64,000 nucleotides of DNA, from contig CALGPJ010000012.1 in NCBI GenBank assembly GCA_937960645.1, positions 2,702-66,701 of the forward strand, read 5' to 3'. The notes beneath the pieces were generated by a model. The model was given only the letters and a program-made list of their open reading frames with translations, was not told where the DNA came from and did not search any database. The translations under genes were made by a program, and so were the position numbers. Source of the stretch: an uncultured Spirochaetia bacterium. Its GTDB lineage: Bacteria; Spirochaetota; Spirochaetia; JABEVK01. Positions 61,049-64,000 of the stretch are shown in pieces; within the stretch, counting starts at the first letter, position 1; every line of letters starts with the position of its first letter.

Positions 61049-62070
61049 AGGACCACCCTCTCACCCTTCGCCCGACGCCGCCGGGCATTGGCCAGGCGTT
61101 CCAGCCAGGATGTTCCCGAGGCTGCAGCCGGTGGCGCCTGCGGTTCCGGGGAGCCGTGGAGGACCTCGATGAGTCCCTGCTGGAGGCTGAAGCCGACGCT
61201 GGGAGCCTCGATACCGAACTTTTTCAAGAGCCCGTCGTAACGTCCCCCAGAAACGACAGCCTCGTGGTAGCCGGGCACATAGATCTTGAAGACGAGGCCC
61301 GTGTAATAGGAGAGAAGCCCCACCTCGTTGAGGTCGATCACCAGCCGCTCCCCCAGTCCAGCGGACCGCAGGATGTCACAACTCTGAAGCAGGAAGGCAG
61401 CCTCGGGACAGGAGGCGAAGGGCCCCAGCTGTTGGGCAATCTGGTCAGGCTCGCCGATGCATTGAAACTGATGGCGAAGATTCGCACTCAGGTTTTCCCA
61501 GCACGGACCGCTCAACCGATGAATGTCGCGGATCAGATCCTTGCTCCATGTCTGCCCCTCGGCCTCGATCAACACCCGGGCCAGGGCCCTGCTTCCCAGG
61601 TGAATCCGATAGTCCTGCAAGCCCAGACACTCGAGGGCCTCGGAGGCAAGGATGATGACTTCCCAGTCTGCCTCTCCCTGGGGAAGGCCGATGTACTCGG
61701 CCCCGGCCTGGAAGCCTGTGTCACCCACAGGATGATTGGAGGGGATGTGGCTGATGGTTTCCTCGGCGTACCAGAGGCGCAGGGGCTGCGAGATTTCCGA
61801 TAGCTGGAGTCCCAAAAGCCGGGCCAGAAAGAGGGTGGCGTCGCTGCGCAGGACGACCAGGTCGCCCTCACGATCGGTAAACCGGTAAACGTGCTGGGGA
61901 TTCACCCACTCGCGGTAAACATCGTAAAAATCCACGATGGGCGTGGCTGCAGGAAGGTAGCCCCACCGCTCGAAGAGCGCGGCAAGCCGGTTCCTGAGTT
62001 CCAATCTTCGGATCGCTTCCTCGAAGGCCAGGCCCATGGTACCGGCCGGCAATCTTCCCATTTCAGGCAT
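61045..62070 (-). CDS. hisZ: ATP phosphoribosyltransferase regulatory subunit (HisRS paralog)
   Basis: HisRS-like class II core without an anticodon domain, directly upstream of and overlapping the short hisG. Confidence 0.85.
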   Translation of the reverse strand: MPEMGRLPAGTMGLAFEEAIRRLELRNRLAALFERWGYLPAATPIVDFYDVYREWVNPQHVYRFTDREGDLVVLRSDATLFLARLLGLQLSEISQPLRLWYAEETISHIPSNHPVGDTGFQAGAEYIGLPQGEADWEVIILASEALECLGLQDYRIHLGSRALARVLIEAEGQTWSKDLIRDIHRLSGPCWENLSANLRHQFQCIGEPDQIAQQLGPFASCPEAAFLLQSCDILRSAGLGERLVIDLNEVGLLSYYTGLVFKIYVPGYHEAVVSGGRYDGLLKKFGIEAPSVGFSLQQGLIEVLHGSPEPQAPPAAASGTSWLERLANARRRRAKGERVVL

Positions 62071-62091
62071 TTGAAAAACCTTTCCTCGAGT

Positions 62092-62119
62092 GGTATTGTT
62101 GCTATTGTTCGCTATTTAG
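62092..62119. repeat. three tandem 9-10 bp repeats G(G/C)TATT(G/T)(T/A)(T/G) in the hisZ / HD-GYP-like divergent spacer
   Basis: ggtattgtt gctattgtt c gctatttag. Confidence 0.5.
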
Positions 62120-62144
62120 TCAATTTAACCAAAGGTGAAGGGCC

Positions 62145-63725
62145 TTGCCGAATATCGAAATCAAAACGATCGACCGACTGAGTCTGGAGGACCGACTGGT
62201 GGTGGACTTCGGAAACCTCCACAAATCCGGAAGATCGGTCGAAACCAAGCTCATCCAGATGTTGGGACGGGGGCAAGTCCCGCACGTTCCCACCATCAGT
62301 CTTACCTACGAGGAGAAAAAACGGCTACCGACAGAGGAATCTCGGAGGGCCTACATCGACGATATCCTTCAAAAGCGAAACACGCCCTGGGAGGAGTTAC
62401 GATACGAATTATTTCAACATCTCCAGGAAGTTTACCATTCCCTCGAGAATGTTTCCGAGTCATCTCAAGCGCCGCGTCGATTACGAGCCTTGCACGACGA
62501 CTCCCTCCTCGAAACCCGAATTTCCCAGGATTTGCAGTCCGAGATACGCCATGCTGCGGAATACCTGTTCAGCGATGCCCGTATCGCCAAACTCAGTCGG
62601 ACCTTCCAGAGTATGCTGGAATGGTGGAAGGGTTTTTCCCCAAACATGCCCGATCTGGAATCCCGGCGAATCTTTCCCCGAGTGAGTGCCCTTTCGATCC
62701 GCATGCAGCCGATCTACGAAAACGAGAAAATCGTCCGACCGGGAACGGCCATTGCCTGGCATGCGGCAGACACCGCTTACCTCTACCTGGCCGCCCTCTA
62801 CCACCTCAACCGAACCCGCGAGGTCATGGGTTGTCCGCCGACCGGATTGAAGTACAATGTCCACTTCAGCTACGGGGATGGGATGGTTTATCGTTATCCC
62901 GAGGAATACCTGGTGAATGCCGCCATCGGGGCGGCCTACCATGCCCTGGGCTTTTGTCACCCCACGGTCCAAAACTCACTCCGTCGCCGCCCTCTGATCC
63001 AGGCTTCAGGGGAATTCACTCAAAAAATCGAAGGCGCCATCAACATGGTTCGCCACCTCGTCAAGAGCCTCGACAACCTTTCCCCAATGACACGGATCGT
63101 GATCCTCGGTCAGTCGGAGTACCCCGATGGCAGCGGTTGGCCTCAAACAAAGCGGAACCACGTCCCCCACGAGTTCGTCAGGCTTTTTCACGTGGTCGAG
63201 CTTTATGATTCCCTGACCAACCCCTGGTATCAAAAAACTGTCTACAGCCGAGAGGATGTGCTGGCCTTCCTTTGGAACAATTCGGAGTATTATCCCGAGG
63301 GCGTGGTGCCCTACCCGACGGCTACCCCCTTCGATCGCGGCATGGTGGAACAATTTTTGTCGGTCCTGGGGCCGTGGCAGCTCGGAGAAAAAGTCTACCT
63401 TTTTCCTTATGCCGATCTGAGCACCCCGCACTTCGTGGGCAGGGTGTACCAATACTTGAAGTCTTATGTCCCCCTGATCTCCATCCTGAGAGACGAGCGC
63501 ACCGGCCAGACCTACCCCTTTGGCCGCTTCCTCCTCGATATTCCCAACGGTCAGTCATTTATGATCGAGGACAAGCAGGTCAGGGAGCGCCGATCGGCCG
63601 ACTGGATCACGCAACTGAGAATACACGACACGACCGTCAACCCCGGCGACATCGGCAAACTCTACCATCCCCTCCTTCACCGTGCCCACGAACATACCAA
63701 CATCGAAGAAGAGCCGACCTTCTGA
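62145..63725 (+). CDS. HD-GYP-like domain protein with degenerate catalytic motifs
   Basis: TTG start. AAYHALGF occupies the HD position and GQSEYPDGSGWPQ the HHE..DGSGYP position. The N-terminal half is unassigned. Confidence 0.55.
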   Translation: MPNIEIKTIDRLSLEDRLVVDFGNLHKSGRSVETKLIQMLGRGQVPHVPTISLTYEEKKRLPTEESRRAYIDDILQKRNTPWEELRYELFQHLQEVYHSLENVSESSQAPRRLRALHDDSLLETRISQDLQSEIRHAAEYLFSDARIAKLSRTFQSMLEWWKGFSPNMPDLESRRIFPRVSALSIRMQPIYENEKIVRPGTAIAWHAADTAYLYLAALYHLNRTREVMGCPPTGLKYNVHFSYGDGMVYRYPEEYLVNAAIGAAYHALGFCHPTVQNSLRRRPLIQASGEFTQKIEGAINMVRHLVKSLDNLSPMTRIVILGQSEYPDGSGWPQTKRNHVPHEFVRLFHVVELYDSLTNPWYQKTVYSREDVLAFLWNNSEYYPEGVVPYPTATPFDRGMVEQFLSVLGPWQLGEKVYLFPYADLSTPHFVGRVYQYLKSYVPLISILRDERTGQTYPFGRFLLDIPNGQSFMIEDKQVRERRSADWITQLRIHDTTVNPGDIGKLYHPLLHRAHEHTNIEEEPTF

Positions 63726-63739
63726 GGTCAGCTCGTCGA

Positions 63740-64000
63740 TCATTCCGAGTCGTAATCGATCAGCGTGGTATAGGAGCGGCCGTGGAGTTTTTTCTCCGGA
63801 TGCAAGAAGGGCAAACCGACAACGCAGAAGATCTCGCTGACCTGTCCTCCCGCCCTTTCCAGGAGGCTGGCCGCAGCCTCGAGGGTGCCGCCGGTCGCCA
63901 GAAGATCGTCCATGAGGAGGATCTTCCCCGCTTGGGGCACGTCGACGGGCTGCAATTCCAGGGTGCCGGTTCCATACTCCAGCTCGAAATCCTGCCGGAT
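63740..64000 (-). CDS. apt: adenine phosphoribosyltransferase, N-terminus beyond window end
   Basis: KILLMDDLLATGGTLEAA PRPP loop. The frame stays open to the window edge (…FELEYGTGTLELQ). Confidence 0.85.
   Translation of the reverse strand: MRQDFELEYGTGTLELQPVDVPQAGKILLMDDLLATGGTLEAAASLLERAGGQVSEIFCVVGLPFLHPEKKLHGRSYTTLIDYDSE

Noticed and set aside
1-64000. Known defence systems, toxin-antitoxin pairs, prophage, integrative elements and RNA genes
   Set aside because: None of the ORFs shows nuclease/methylase pairs, Cas, reverse transcriptase, integrase/transposase or phage structural signatures. No cloverleaf or rRNA-like segments were seen in the spacers.

Overview
Gene-dense, GC-rich bacterial chromosomal window with about 62 supported CDS, many joined by 1-14 nt overlaps. 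I saw no rRNA, tRNA, CRISPR array, transposase, integrase or prophage genes. An archaeal/eukaryal-type two-subunit PheRS, an MGDG-synthase-like glycosyltransferase, and many lipoproteins and outer-membrane beta-barrels suggest a spirochaete-like diderm; this is inference, not proof. About three quarters of the window is housekeeping: folP-cdaA-cdaR-acpS-truA-priA, def-fmt-birA, asd-lysC, punA, pheST, hflKC, hisZGB and apt. Accessory or unusual content: (1) a complete photoactive yellow protein module (tyrosine ammonia-lyase, then pyp-pcl on the opposite strand) close to a eukaryote-type chorismate mutase. (2) An uncharacterised seven-gene envelope cluster: an OM barrel, three tandem paralogous Kelch-type lipoproteins, a bitopic HD-GYP with a long periplasmic coiled coil, and a P-loop-less ParA-like protein. 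(3) A RadC-type JAB domain fused to a DinG/XPD-type Fe-S helicase. (4) A GAF/sigma-54 activator followed by a perfect sigma-54 promoter driving amtB-glnK. (5) A recurrent promoter geometry in which a -10 box lies 6-7 nt from the start codon with no Shine-Dalgarno. It includes three 60-64 bp divergent gene pairs that share overlapping -35 hexamers, which implies leaderless mRNAs. (6) Several apparently degenerate enzymes: DapF-like, UDG-like, a second HD-GYP-like protein, and the ABC-F second P-loop. All functions come from reading motifs in the supplied translations, with no database search run. Long antisense or alternate-frame ORFs typical of GC-rich DNA were discarded.
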